64,000 nt of DNA, taken from NCBI GenBank assembly GCA_951406725.2, contig OX597827.1:76136001-76200000 (forward strand), in the 5' to 3' direction. Below are positions 11,166-24,450 of this stretch, one piece after another; the first letter of the stretch is position 1, and each line of letters starts with the position of its first letter. The position numbers and the translations under genes are program-made. This stretch comes from Octopus vulgaris (taxonomy: Eukaryota). The notes beneath the pieces were generated by a model. The model was given only the letters and a program-made list of their open reading frames with translations, had not been told where the DNA came from and ran no database searches.

Positions 11166-14119
11166 CATGCACAAACCAAAATGTGTGTTTGTGTGTGCTT
11201 CCTAAAATATATCATTTTAAGATATTAAATCAATATTTATACATCGTAGAAGAACTGTTTCCAGAAGTCATTTTCCAACATTTTGTACTATGAAAAATTT
11301 CTAATCACTCCCACAACAGCACCATCAAACAACAGACATCTTTGCTGACTTATTGGTGTGGTCCCAGTTTCCAAATAAATTCTCATCTTCCAGTTTTTTT
11401 TTTCCTTTCTTTTCTCCTCAAACTGCAAAATTTCTCAAATTGTATGAAGAAAAGACATATTGTTTTTGATTTGTAAGTTAAACAAAACAATTTTTTTAAT
11501 TACAAAAGGATTGATTAAAGCCAAATACATAGTTTTCAATGAAAATCATTTTTTAATTCTGTTTGATATTGAATTTTTGTAGTGTTTTAAGCCACTTTTC
11601 AAAATTCAGGTGGCCATTTTGAAAGTGTTGTCTTAGATGAGATACAGATATCAGTGTCCCTCATTTCCAGATAGATGTATTCACACCATGTGCTGTGGAT
11701 GCCAACAGAGGAAGGACGACCAGTTCTTTCTCTCTCATTTCATCTCATTGTCTTTCATTGCAATGTTCCACCAGTTATCATGTGTGCTGTGATCTTCAGA
11801 ACTCTTAGACACTAAATATACTAGCTGCCATTATGAAATCATTACACCACATTTATCATTTCATCCTCCTCTGTCTGACTGGTTCTCATTGTTTCTCACC
11901 CCTACATATTTGTGTCTCCTATATGTATCTCTCTCTCTCTCTCTCCTCTCATCTGTCTCACTCTTATGGGATATGGGGATAGGGAGAGAACTCTCTCTCT
12001 CTATCTCTTACCTTTTCTTGTTTGACCTCTCTCTCTCTCTCAGTCTCTTGTTTCCCTCCATATCCCTGTCTCCATCTCACCCCTCCTCTTCACACTACAT
12101 CTCAGTCATCCATTTACAATACTGAACAATCACATACCCTGATCCTCTACATAACACAGGTTTTCTCAGTACTAAGGTACTGCTGACATATTTAGGACAG
12201 TAGACCCCACCACACATACACACATATATACTCACTCACACATTCAAAATCAATCTGTAAGGGAAATCATCCCTCACTCACCCACACCCCATCCCTGGCT
12301 ACTGTTCCGTTTCCACCCTTATTTCCAACCCTTCCTCCTCTCTTCTTCTTCAACAGTTGTTGAACATTAAAACTTACCCACAATGCAACACTACATCATC
12401 TCTGATGAAGGCCCTTCGGTGTACCCACTTCTCTTCTCATTGCCCCTTTTATGTTTGTCTCTCCTCTCCCAGACCCTATATTAAATACTTCATCTAAGCT
12501 TTCTGTCCCCACAACTGTATTCCTTTAGCTTACTCTCCCTGTTCAGGTTTTCTCTCCAACAACCAAACTGAAGAATTTCAAAGATTACATCCAACCTCAC
12601 CAAATTACTTCATTCCTTACTTTCCTACAGGAACTATCTGCTGTCACTGTACCTCCTTCTCATTCTTAAATTAACCAAATAAAATCTACTGTCACTGTGT
12701 TGACCATGCCCTAACCAAATAAGCCACTCCCTAAATGATTGGATCATTTTCTGACCAGGTACCACCTAGCCAGCCTGTCTTTATTTACCTTTATAAGCTT
12801 TCTCTGCTCAGACATTCAGCCATTTCTTTATTAAATTAGTCTCCCTGTCTCTGCCAGACATTAAAAGATCAACTGGATGCTCTGAGGCAAACTATTCTAT
12901 CTGACCTTTCCACTTGTCTTTTTTCTGTAACAGGTTGACCAGCAGACAAGCTGATTGGATGGACGTAAGGATAATATTGGTGATAATACGAAAAATAATA
13001 GTTTCTGATTTAAGCACAAGGCCCAGCAATTTATGTAGGTGATGGGGTAGTTGATTACACTGAACCCAGTGCTTGACTGGTACTTTATTTAATTGGTCCC
13101 AAATGATAAAAAGTATTGTCGACCTTGGTGAGATTTGAACTCAGAACATAATGAACCAGAACAAATACTGCAAAGCATTTTTACCGATACTCAAACAATT
13201 CTGCTAATCGACCATGTCCTGTCCCCTAAATTTCCAGGCCTTGGTGCCTATAGTAGAAACAATTACTATGATGATTTCTAACGGTGTCTCAGGGTGGTAT
13301 ATAGTGAGTTATATCAACCCCAACAGATGACTGGTATGTTTATTGCTCTACCCCTGCCCATGCTAGAAAGAAGAAGGTCAATATTGACCACAACACGGTT
13401 TGTCTACCATTCTCAGAACAAATGCTATTGACCCACTGAGTTGGTCAAAGGATACTTTTATTACTACATGAAACCAGTATTGATTGGTTATTGTTGATTA
13501 GTGATAGGTCAGCTCTGATCAAAGGTAGTTCCATCCATGACTATTCCATCAATTTCCTATTTGCAGGAAATCCAGGACCACATTATTGTTGATTTAAATG
13601 TGTTTAAAAATATTTATTTGACCTGATCTCAGTATTTCATTTCCAAGAAAAAAAATCACCCCCTCTCTAAACACCTAGCATCCACTTTTAACATTTGCTG
13701 GCCCCTTGTGAGCTCACAACTCGCTTCCAAGAGGGCACCCACTTCTCAGGCTTAAAACCTCTCCTCTAAGGCTTCCATTATTCAAGGTTGACCATAGAAT
13801 CAGCAGCTAGAAAGTTCTTTTCCGAGGTGTAAACCTGAGCAAGGTTTTTCTCATTATAAGACACCAGAAGTTACCTACGCTGAAAGTGTTCTCTCTTCAC
13901 ATCTCGATTTATCCAAGAAAAGACAGTCTCTTGGCTCTCAAATAGCTTGGTACCAGTATTGTTGCAGATAGACTCAGAATATAAAGAATTGAAACAAACA
14001 CTACTAGCCTTTTTGTCCAATGGCTTAATAATTATGCCCATCTACTGACCTTGATTAGGGTGTATTTTATCAACCCCATGAGAAAGGAGAAGCAAAGTTG
14101 ACATCAGCAGGATTTGATC

Positions 14120-14390
14120 TCAGCCATGGCCGATGCCAGTGCCCTCTGACTGACTCCCGTACTGGTGGCACGTAAAAAGTACTATCCAAACGTGATCTAT
14201 GCCAGACCCGCTAGTGGCACGTAAAAAAGCACCCACTACACTCTCAGAGTGGTTGGTGTCAGGAAGGGCATCCAGCTGTAGAAACACTGCCAGATCAGAT
14301 TGGAGCCTGGTGCAGCTGCTGGCTTTCCAGACCTCGGTCAGACCGTCCAACCCATGCCAGCAAAGAACATGGACGTTAAATGATGATGAT
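14120..14390 (+). mobile_element. Family B retro-element
   Basis: GGTGGCACGTAAAAAG modules, GGAAGGGCATCCAGCTGTAG and a (GAT)n tail. Confidence 0.8.
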
Positions 14391-14871
14391 GTAAAAAACC
14401 AGAAGAAAGATTATGATGGTTTCTACTTTTCTCACAATACCATTAAACAGGAGCAGCAGAAGTTTATATGAGAGGAATTGACTTTAGTGTCCTACAGCTA
14501 TAATTTTCATTGACCCTCAAAGGATAAAGTGTTACACTGAATCTAGTGAGATTTGAACTCAGAATGTAAAGGGGTTCAACTAATTTAGTGCAGTACTCTT
14601 ACAGGGTCAGCCACACCAATACTTTCAATACTAAGGTATTAATGGAGTCTGTTGAAATCGTGCACTGGTTGTAAAGTGAATGTTACCATCATAGAAGTGA
14701 TGTTGTTTGTTTGCAATCATCTGAGGGGTCACCTGTAGCCATAGTTCTGGAAGGATGGGAGGGTGTGTTAGCTGGAAGTGAATGAGGGTTGGCCGTGGGA
14801 AATCTGCCCAACTGAATTTTGCTTGAATTATACAACCAGGGAAAAGTGGATGTTAAAATGATTGTGTGTGT

Positions 14872-15170
14872 GAAGGCACATGGCCCAGTGGTTAGAGTAT
14901 TGAACTCACAATCACGATGTAGTGAGTTTGATTCCTGGACCAGGCTGCGTGTTGTGTTCTTGAGCAAGACACTTTATTTCACATTGCTCCAGTTCACTCA
15001 GCTGTAGAGATGAGTTGTGACATCACAGGTGCCAAGCTGTATCAGGGGCCCCTTTGCTTCTCCCTTGGATAGCATCAGTGGCATGGAGAAGGGAGGCTGA
15101 GATGCATGGGCGACTACTGGTCTTCCATAAACAACCTTGTCTGGACTTGTGTCTGGGAGGGGAACTCTCT
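14872..15170 (+). mobile_element. tRNA-headed SINE related to family C, third tail type
   Basis: A box TGGCCCAGTGG, B-box-like GAGTTTGATTCC, CTTGAGCAAGACACTT core-like segment and a distinct 3' part. Confidence 0.6.
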
Positions 15171-15554
15171 TATATATGCACAAACACATATACATGACTG
15201 TGTATATGTACATGTATGTATATATTTGTGTGTTTAATGTATAAGAAACGTATTGTAAATTTTATCAACATTGGAGTTTCATGCTTCCACAAATCCTGGT
15301 GTTTTGTGTTTAACTGAAATATTTTCATCGCCAACCATGGAGATCTCATAAGGTTGATTGCTTACTTCCAGATTCAGTAGCATTGAGCAGATGAGAGACA
15401 TATTCCCTCCTGGATAGGATTCCAGTCTATCTCAGGTAACTTTCCTATGTGCATGTGGACTGAAGTATATATGTGTGTGATTGTGTGCATAATGTATGTA
15501 AATGTGTGTGTGTGTGTGTTTTATATCGAAAATTTTAAAAATATCTCCATCTGA

Positions 15555-15842
15555 ACGTGGCCGATGCCAGCGCCACCTTGACTGGCTTCTGTGCAGGTAG
15601 CACGTAAAAAGCACCAACCGATCGTGGCCGCTGCCAGCCTCCCCTGGCACCTGTGCAGGTGGCACATAAAAAGCATCCACTACACTCACGGAGTGGTTGG
15701 TGTTAGGAAGGGCATCCAGCTGTAGAAACACAGCCAGATCAGACTGGAGCCTGGTGCAACCTCCTGGCTTCCCAGACCCCGGTCAAACCGTCCAACCCAT
15801 GCTAGCATGGAAAACAGACGTTAAACAATGATGATGATGATG
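15555..15842 (+). mobile_element. Family B retro-element
   Basis: Same modules and (GAT)n tail as the other family B copies. Confidence 0.8.
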
Positions 15843-15865
15843 AAATGAAGCTGTTATCCAGTGTC

Positions 15866-16272
15866 TTTTACCTCTTACTTGTTTCAATCATCAGACTGCA
15901 GCCATGCTGGAGCACTGCCTTGAATATTAGTCAAACAAATTGACCCCCATACTTAATTTTTTAAGCCTGGTACTTATTCTATCAGTCCCTTTTGTTGAAC
16001 CACCAAGTTAGGGGGACATAAACACACCAACACCAGTTCTCTAGTGGTGGTGGGAGCAAACACAGTCAAAGATACACACACATGGATGGATATATGCATG
16101 CATGCGTGACAGACTTCTTCTAGTTTCCATCAACAAAATCCACTCTCAAGGCTATGGTCAGCCTGAGACTAAATTAGAAGACACCTGCCTTAGGCACCAC
16201 ACATTGGGATCGAACTCGGAACCATGTGATTGGGAAGCAAACTTTTTAACGCACAACCACATCTGCACCTAC
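15866..16272 (-). mobile_element. SINE family A, diverged copy
   Basis: Degenerate reverse-complement match to family A. Confidence 0.7.
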
Positions 16273-16438
16273 AGTACGTTTGTGGATTGTATATTCTGGA
16301 CATATTACTGTGCTTTTATTTGTGATATGTTTTGGTCTGCATGTGTGTGAATGTAAGTCAGTGTATATACATATTATATCCTATGACTACGTCTGTGTAT
16401 GTAATTTTTATATATGTATATATACACACACACACATA

Positions 16439-16573
16439 CAAAGTGACTCAGAGGCCAAGAGTTTCATGAATGGCATTTATCGAACTGGTTTCATTTATAA
16501 AGGAAGTCCCCCTTATTTGAAACCAGTTTGATAAGTGCCAATGCACTAAGCTCTTGGCCCTTAAGTCACTTTG
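16439..16573. mobile_element. Palindromic Tc1/mariner-type MITE
   Basis: TA|CAAAGTGACTCAGAGGCCAAGAG...CTCTTGGCCCTTAAGTCACTTTG|TA; self-complementary over most of its 135 bp, with TA TSD. Confidence 0.75.
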
Positions 16574-16715
16574 TAAAGTTTGCCCATTAAAAATAATTAT
16601 ATATATAATATGTGTATATATGTATATGTGTGTGTGTGTGTATTATATATCATCACTGATGAATCTATTTGTAATGACTAATGGATGGTGTGTTTAGGGT
16701 AGTCTTCTTTAATAA

Positions 16716-17244
16716 CCCTATGTGGGCCGGCGGGGTTGGAATTACACAAAAGGCCATTAGGGTCCTCTTTTAGTTTTGCACATTTCCTCATTATCCATAA
16801 AGTAATATTTGTTTAATGTTGTATATATGTGTGAGTGCATGATACAGAACAAGAAATTCAGCCCTTTTTTTTTTATATAGTTTTATAAACTATATATATA
16901 GCACTAAGTATAAAATCAAACGAAAAGAATAAGAGAAAGGATATCATTTCATACCAGAACAAATACAAAAAAAATTGACTTATAGTTCATCAGAATATCT
17001 GAAAAAAGAACAGAAAAAATAATTTCACAGAAGGCCAATGGGATCCAGGTGGCCCCCAATGACCATATTTTATGCTATAATATCCAAATGACTGGGAATT
17101 TTTAACTCAAAATTTCTATGTGCATACATGAACTATTGACAATAAAAGTCATGAAATATAAAATCATTTCAATAAAAAATGTAAAAGTTGCATAACTTGT
17201 AAAATTTGCTGGGGTCGCAAGGGACCCCACCAGCCCACGAAGGG
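16716..17244. mobile_element. piggyBac-type MITE
   Basis: Termini CCCTATGTGGGCCGGCGGGG and CCCCACCAGCCCACGAAGGG are inverted; flanked by (A)TAA and TTAA. Confidence 0.65.
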
Positions 17245-17475
17245 TTAAAGAAATCTACTTACATCTTATATTCCTCTGTTAATCTTTTTATGGTTTTATG
17301 GACTGTGGCCATACTGGGGCACTGTCTTTTCAGTCAGTTATTATATTGACCCCTTATACTTTGTTACAATTTTACTGACACCAGAATGAAGAAAAACAAG
17401 TCAACCTAACCAGGATTTGAACTCAGAATGTAAGGATTCAAAACCAAATACCAATCCTACCCATCTTTATATACA

Positions 17476-17673
17476 TGAAGGGGTGTTGAAAAGTTCCTGG
17501 CTTTAATGGTATTGCGATAGGCCTCATGCAAAAGAACCTTCCAAGTTCTTTTGCAGGGCTTAGAAAAACTGAAGGACCACGGCAATAAGTGTTTGAATCT
17601 GAGAGGGGAATATGTTGAATAAAGTCGTAATTAACTGATCCTCCTGTGTTTTTTTTTACCCAAAGCCAGGAAC
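17476..17673 (+). mobile_element. Mariner-derived MITE (family M1)
   Basis: TIR GGGGTG(C/T)TGAAAAGTTCCTGGCTTT; the interior encodes a transposase C-terminal remnant LQGLEKLKDHGNKCLNLRGEYVE*. Confidence 0.8.
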
Positions 17674-18073
17674 ACCGCAGCCCCACATCCCTCAGTGTCT
17701 GCTACCATATCGCTGGGCCAACTAAAATCTTGTGAGTGGATTTGGTAGACAGAAATTGAAAGAAGCCCATCATGTGTGTGTGTGTGTGTGTGTGTGTTAT
17801 TAGTATTTCCCTGTCTTGATATCATGTGATAGTCGTAAGTGAGCAGCACCGTCATACAAGCAGTGTCCTTTGTTTCCAATCTTCCGTGAAAACATGTTCG
17901 GCCATGAAGAAGTATTACCTTGTTTGGAAATAGGTGAAGGTTGGAGATAGGAAAAACAGCTGCCTTGATAGATTTCGGGGTCGATAAATGAAGTACCAGT
18001 GAAATACTGGGGTCAGTGTAATTGACTAGTTCCCTGCCCCAAAATTTCAGGTCTTGTGCCGATAGTAGAAAGG

Positions 18074-18112
<39 letters not shown>

Positions 18113-19014
18113 GTCATGGCAGAATCAGAATCTTGTTGGACAAAATGCTTAGCAGCATTTCTTCCAACTGTTTATGTTCTGGGTTCAGATCCTGCCTAGG
18201 TCACCTTTGCTTTTCACCCTTTTGGGGTCAGTAAAATAAACTACCAGTTTAACCTGGGGTCAGTGTAAGCAACAAACTGCCATCCTCTAAAACTGCTGGG
18301 CTTGTGCCAAAAATTTGAAACCATTACTAAAAGAATATGTTGTCATTGATCTTCAGCTAATTCCTGATCAAACAAATACAAGAGAATCCAACCATGACCA
18401 TCCTGTCTGTTTATATATCCAGAACTCCATTGTCCATTGTGTTCTTCCATTTTTTAAAAGATTGTGGTTTGAGAAAGACCGGTTGAGTGACTGCAAAGAA
18501 GCTCTCTAATTAGCTCATAATCCTTCATTAACTTCAACATGCTCTCTCTTAATTAACTAAGAACTCATTATTACTTTCATTATTATTGTTTTTGGTTATA
18601 GTTGTTTGATATCATCATCGTCATCATTATCATTATATTTTTTCTTTTTTTTTTTCTTCTTTAGAAACATAAACTGGAATCATTTATCTGAAAACAAAAC
18701 AAAAAAAAAAACATAACAAAACAAAAAATATAACAACAGTACTGAAAGAGCTGAGGGTTTTGCTTAAGCTTCCAGTTCACCTTTGACCCCCTAATGGTCA
18801 TTCTTTCCTTGTTTATTGCCCACTGACAGTGACCAAAGACAACGTTCCTGTGTCTTAGTTCAGTCTTCCCTATTCACGTTGCACGGCAGTATTGCTCCAG
18901 ATGGGCCAGTGTATCCATCCTTTCTACCCAAGTTGGCCCACCTACCACCCACCTGCTACTCTACCACTGCTTTCCGATCATCATGTGAACCATCTACCAG
19001 CTTCATCCACAGAC

Positions 19015-19125
19015 CAATCACCGACCTGCATATCAGTCACCAAACTGCACATCAGTCGCCAGCTGCACATTTGTCATCAACCTGCATGTTTGTCATTTGT
19101 CTCCAAACTGCACATCTATTCATTT
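19015..19125. repeat. Degenerate ~19-bp minisatellite
   Basis: About five copies of a CCAA(A/C)CTGCACATC(A/T)GTCA-like unit. Confidence 0.55.
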
Positions 19126-20213
19126 CAAGTCATTGACCATCAACATACCTGCTTGGCAGTCATCTACCCATGTATGTGTGTGTGTGTGCATTTGTATGGA
19201 TGTATGTATGTACATGTGTATGCATGTATGTTTGTGTGTATATGTATGTATAAATGAGTAGATGTATGTATAAATACACCTGCATGAACAATTGTCTGCA
19301 AATTCATATAAACACACGCTCAGTGATCGTCAAGGTCATTATATGCTTTGTATAAATAAGCCAATGGAAGTAGCCTCTATGCAGTCGTTCGGTCTGCTAG
19401 AAATAGCAACCAAATTCTTTCAAATTACAACCTCTATGTCTTCAAAAAATGAAGGACCAATTGGATAATGTTCTAGATACACAAAATAATAGGATGCCAA
19501 TGGCCACATATAGAGCACTTGTGATCATAGATATGTTCGGTCATAGCCAACCTGACTTTAAACACACACATATATAAAACTATGTTCCAGTAACCAACCA
19601 TGTCATCCCCACATAACCCTGTTCCAGCCTTTACACAGCCACCTTGGCCAATGTGTTCTCCAATTTGGAGGCCGCTAACAGCAATATATTCATGTAACAA
19701 TCATCCATCTATAACTATTTATAATAGTTTGGCTCCTCCTGTCCTCTATCTTTTACACAGCCAGTTGCCATCAATCCACCTCCACAGAAATACTTATTTG
19801 TCATCTCAAAGCTACCCTGCTTACTTGGAAATCATCTGCCTTCTAGGCACCCTTGTATACTCATCGATCATCTATCCTCTATGCAATCATAGATAATCAC
19901 AGCATTGGTCATCCACTCTCCACCATCTCACCTACACATCAATATATAATTATGTGAGGGCCACGTGTAATAGCTTCCTACACATTCTTATATGAAGACC
20001 ATCCATATTCTATATAACCATACATACTCATATGAAGGTCATGGGCCATCTACCTCTTGTACATTTATAGGTACTTAATTGAGGGCCGTGTGACCCCTAC
20101 ATATTTATACACACGCACATATTGGTGTTCTTTATGGCCTGGACATTCATTCCTACTCACTTGAACTTCCTCTTCACAATTTAGAAACCCATATAAATAT
20201 ACACACACACATA

Positions 20214-20442
20214 CCTATTTCTTTACTGCCCACAAGGGGGGCTAAACACAGAGGGGACAAACAAGGACAGACAAAGGGATTAAGTCGATTACATCGACCC
20301 CAGTACTTAACTGGTACTTAATTTATCAACCCCGAAAGGATGAAAGGCAAAGCCGACCTCAGCGGAATTTGAACTCGGAATGTAACGACAGACCACTAAG
20401 CATTTCGCCCGGCGTGCTAACGGTTCTGCCAGCTCACCGCCT
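20214..20442 (-). mobile_element. SINE family D, full length
   Basis: Reverse complement of GGCGGTGAGCTGGCAGAACCGTTAGCACG...GAGTTCAAATTCC...GTAAAGAAATAG. Confidence 0.85.
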
Positions 20443-20456
20443 TTATATATATATAC

Positions 20457-20850
20457 ATCATCATCATCATCATCGTTTAGCATCCGCTTTCCATGCTGGC
20501 ATGGGTTGGACGGTTCAACTGGGGTCTGGGAAGCCAGAAGGCTGCGCCAGGCCCAGTCTGATCTGGCAGTGTTTCTACGGCTGGATGCCCTTCCTAACGC
20601 CAACCACTCCGTGAGTGTAGTGGGTGCTTTTTACGTGCCACCTGCACAGGTGCCAGACGAGGCTGGCAAATGGCCACGATCGGATGGTGCTTTTTACATG
20701 CCACCGGCACAGGGGCCAGACGAGGCTGGCAACAGCCACAGTCGGATGGTGCATTTTATGTGCCACCGTCCACATTCGGATGGTTCTCTTACGTGCCACC
20801 AGCACTGGTATCACAGCTACAATTTCCATTGATGTTGATCGATTTCGATT
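20457..20850 (-). mobile_element. Family B retro-element with internally repeated module
   Basis: (CAT)n tail on the plus strand, and 3-4 tandem copies of GGTGCTTTTTACGTGCCACC...CGGAT at 20623-20810. Confidence 0.8.
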
Positions 20851-21352
20851 TTGAGTTACATTTTCACTTGCCTATACATACATATATACATACATATATA
20901 CATACATATATATATATATATATACATACATATATATATATATATATTCACACACACATTTTGGTGGAACAGTTAGACTGAGTACTGAACACTACATCGA
21001 TAGATAAATATTTTCTTTACTTGTGGATTTTCAACACTGCTTTAGGTTTCACACTTTATAGCTTGCAATTTTCAAGCATTCCAGTTTTTAAAAAAAATCA
21101 TGGTAACCTGTCGCTGGATTTTCTCAGCGAAACACTTGAAATTTGCAAACTGCAATGCATGAGACTTAAGAGAGTAACAGAAGTCCACAAATAACTATAG
21201 ACATATCCTCACTTGGGATCACCTGTCCTTAAAGTACTCAGGTGGTGGTCATCTGCTCTATCCATTGATCTGCTGATCCTCTTATAGAGATAAAAATGAC
21301 TAATGATATACATGCATGTATTTGTGATGGTACATGTGTAGTGTGTGTGTGC

Positions 21353-21380
<28 letters not shown>

Positions 21381-21383
<3 letters not shown>

Positions 21384-21772
21384 GCAGTATTGCCCAGCGT
21401 TGCTCGGGTTTGTTTCGACCCTTTAGAATCGGAATTTTTGAAAAGTAAAAATTTTGCATTATGTAGCTTGTTATTCTCGTTAAGTGAACATTTTTCTGAT
21501 TGAAATACACCAAAAAATGGCAACACAGCAGTCACAAAATCGTGAAAAATAGGGATTTTCATAGAAAAAAAGCACCTTTTTGATATAAATAATTTTTGGT
21601 GTTAACATGGTTCGATTTGAATTTTATCTTCTACGGAAGGAAGAGCAAGCCTTCTTCTATCATACTCTCAATTTTGGTCAACTTGCGCCGCAGGGTCTCG
21701 GAGAAGATAGTGTTAGTTGAAGGCTACCAAACCTGCCATACACAGACAACTTCAGCTTTATATAGAGAGAGA
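21381..21772 (-). mobile_element. Non-autonomous Helitron
   Basis: Minus strand starts TCTCTCTCTATATAAAGCTGAAG and ends with hairpin CCCGAGCAACGCTGGG plus CAATACTGCTAT (decayed CTAG). Inserted between A and T in (TA)n, with no TSD. Confidence 0.75.
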
Positions 21773-22719
21773 TATATATTTGTGTGTGTGTGTGTGCATG
21801 TATATTGTTTTTACATGGGAAATGATGACTGACCTTCTTCAGCCAATCTGATGAAGAATTGTTTTAAGCTGAAAGCAGAGAAATAACTGTCAACTTTTTC
21901 ATAAAAATACAAAATGTGGTACTTTACTGAAAAATAATGAGTGATCCTTAAATTTATCTTTAACTGTTTTTTATATGCAACTACACATAAAAATTAACAT
22001 ATATATACACATGCATACACACATATGTATTAACATATATGCTTCAACATATGTATGTTTATATATGTGTGTGTGTATTTATATACATGTGCACACTGTA
22101 TTTACTTGAATACAATGCAATCCTAAATATGATACAAATCTCACTTTTTCTTCCTAAAAACCCATGATATATTGTTTCTTATCTTTTATTAAGCTCAAGT
22201 ATAATCATACCCTATTTCCTCCAGTTTTCACCCTTATGTTTTGTTATCTTGTATTAAATCTATCGCTTTTTACAGAATACATAGACACACAGACACACAT
22301 TTACTGGTCTCTATCGTTGGACCTTCAAGGTTTCTTTGGTCCCAATACTTCAGTTTTATCTTATAAACATTTGTTCATCGAATGCTTAATTTACTGCCTG
22401 TCATAAACGGGTGCAACTTAATGCACCAGTTTACAAAGGTACGAATTACATGCACACACAAGGTATATATATATATATATATATATTAAAATAAATCCAT
22501 GTTACACCAGGACACAATTGGGCTTCTGCAAACTGGAAGCATTCATAGGACATGACCAAGACCTTCAGCAGCCATGAAAGATTTCAAGTTTGCTTCGATT
22601 TTATACACTCCTGACAGCAAAATCACAAACCACGAAGTATATAAAGAACAGGTGAAAACTTCACAGAATTTAACTGTCTTTTTTTGTACCAAGACAACTA
22701 CGAAGTGTACCATCTTTAA

Positions 22720-23329
22720 CCCTTTTGATGCTGACCTGATTGAGACTGTCTCTAGTTCGATTAAACAAACCTCCAGTTTTAAAGTGATCCAAGTTAAAAC
22801 TTTACATCAAAATTTGATGTTAATTTTATCTTCAGACATCAGCTTAATAAGATCAGAATTATTTTACTGAATACTTCATTATTTTCAAGCTTGAATCAGA
22901 GACAGTGTATTTCAATAGAAAATATGATAACAAAAGGGTTTAAAGTGAACTAAATTAAAACTTTCCATCTAAATTTGATGATAATTTATCTTCCAAACAC
23001 CAGCGTAGTAATGACTGTTATTTTACTTAATTCTTTATTATTTTAAAAATTAGTTGAAATAACAGCAAGTGTATTTTCAGCAGAAATATAGTAACAAAAG
23101 AATTAACGAATTTGATATCAACCTGTCTGGGACTGTTCCTGGTTCTGTGATAGACACTTTCTATTTAAAAGTGATCTAAATTAAAATCTTCCATCGAAAT
23201 CTCATGTTGATTCATCTTCCAAACACCAGCTTCCTAAGGACAAAGTTATTTTACTAAATTCTTTATTTTCAAAATTAATTGAACCAAAGGCTGTGTATTT
23301 CAAAAGAAGTATGGGAGCAACTGGGCTAA
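22720..23329. mobile_element. Tandem array of three piggyBac-type MITE units
   Basis: TTAA|CCCTTTTG...CAAAAGGG|TT terminal pattern. The unit AAAGTGATC(C/T)AA(G/A)TTAAAA...CACCAGC...GTGTATTTCA recurs at about 22781, 22942 and 23168. Confidence 0.6.
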
Positions 23330-24048
23330 TTATCATCATCATCATCGTTTAACGTCCGCTTTCCATGCTAGCATGGGTTGGGCATGCGACTGAGGGATGG
23401 CAAACCAGATGATTGCACCAGGCTTCAATCTTGATCTGGCAGAGACCCTGGTCGATTATTTCCAGAGAAGCACTCAACCCAAGTCCTGGTTTATCAACAC
23501 TGTCGAATCCCAGACTAATACCGAAATTTTCCAAGTGTACAAAATCCTGCTTTCATGATGTTAAAACTGTTGTGAAGGTGTGGTAAAAAAATAAATAATG
23601 ATCATATGTGTGTGTGTGTGTGTATTAAGATATGGGAAGTAAAGCAAGATAGAGTTTGCACAATATTTAGTAGCATTTTCCTTAACTAACTAATGTTTAT
23701 TAATTACTAATGAAACGGGCCTAAGACGATGTAACTGAATATTATATAAACTAACTGCCCTGTCTTGTTTTGCTTTCTTTATGCACTCTGTGACCCAGAC
23801 AACAGTAGAGTCTAACCGAATGAAATCTGGACTATAATGCAAATCGTCATCTTAGTTTTCTTGTGGAAATACTAGAATATACGCAGAGACCTAATTATCA
23901 GTCATTTGTCACAGTATACAATTATGTATTGTGATGTATATATTATGCAATATATATATATATAATAATAATAATATAATAGCATAACACACACCTATAT
24001 ATATATGTAAATATTATAACACGTACACACATATATTATATATATATA

Positions 24049-24450
24049 TAGGCGCAGGAGTGGCTGTGTGGTAAGTAGCTTGCTAACCAACCACATGGTT
24101 CCGGGTTCAGTCCCACTGCGTGGCATCTTGGGCAAGTGTCTTCTGCTATAGCTTCAGGCCGACCAAATCCTTGTGAGTGGATTTGGTAGATGGAAACTGA
24201 AAGAAGCCCGTCGTATATATGTATATATATATATGTGTGTGTTTGTGTGTCTGTGTTTGTCCCCTTAGCATCGCTTGACAACCGATGCTGGTGTGTTTAC
24301 GTCCCCGTCACTTAGCGGTTCGGCAGAAAAGAGACTGATAGAATAAGTACTGGGCTTACAAAGAATAAGTCCCGGGGTCGAGTTGCTCGATTAAAGGCGG
24401 TGCTCCAGCATGGCCGCAGTCAAATGACTGAAACAAGTAAAAGAGAAAGA
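24049..24450 (+). mobile_element. SINE family A, near-consensus copy
   Basis: Full-length copy with CpGs retained; followed by a second, older A-type copy (24460-25010). Confidence 0.9.

Noticed and set aside
11580-12900. Possible ancient Penelope RT/endonuclease remnant
   Set aside because: Only vague motif resemblance; no translatable diagnostic stretch.
21845-21895. CTGATGA...GAAA...GTC hammerhead-like string
   Set aside because: Stem II has only about 2 pairs, stem III is out of register and stem I does not pair; at most a decayed relic. CTGATGA near 12403 has no GAAA partner.
22395-22445. Hairpin TAAACGGGTGCA/TGCACCAGTTTA with hammerhead-like flanks; a similar half-motif near 23710
   Set aside because: Core nucleotides do not match CUGANGA/GAAA well enough.
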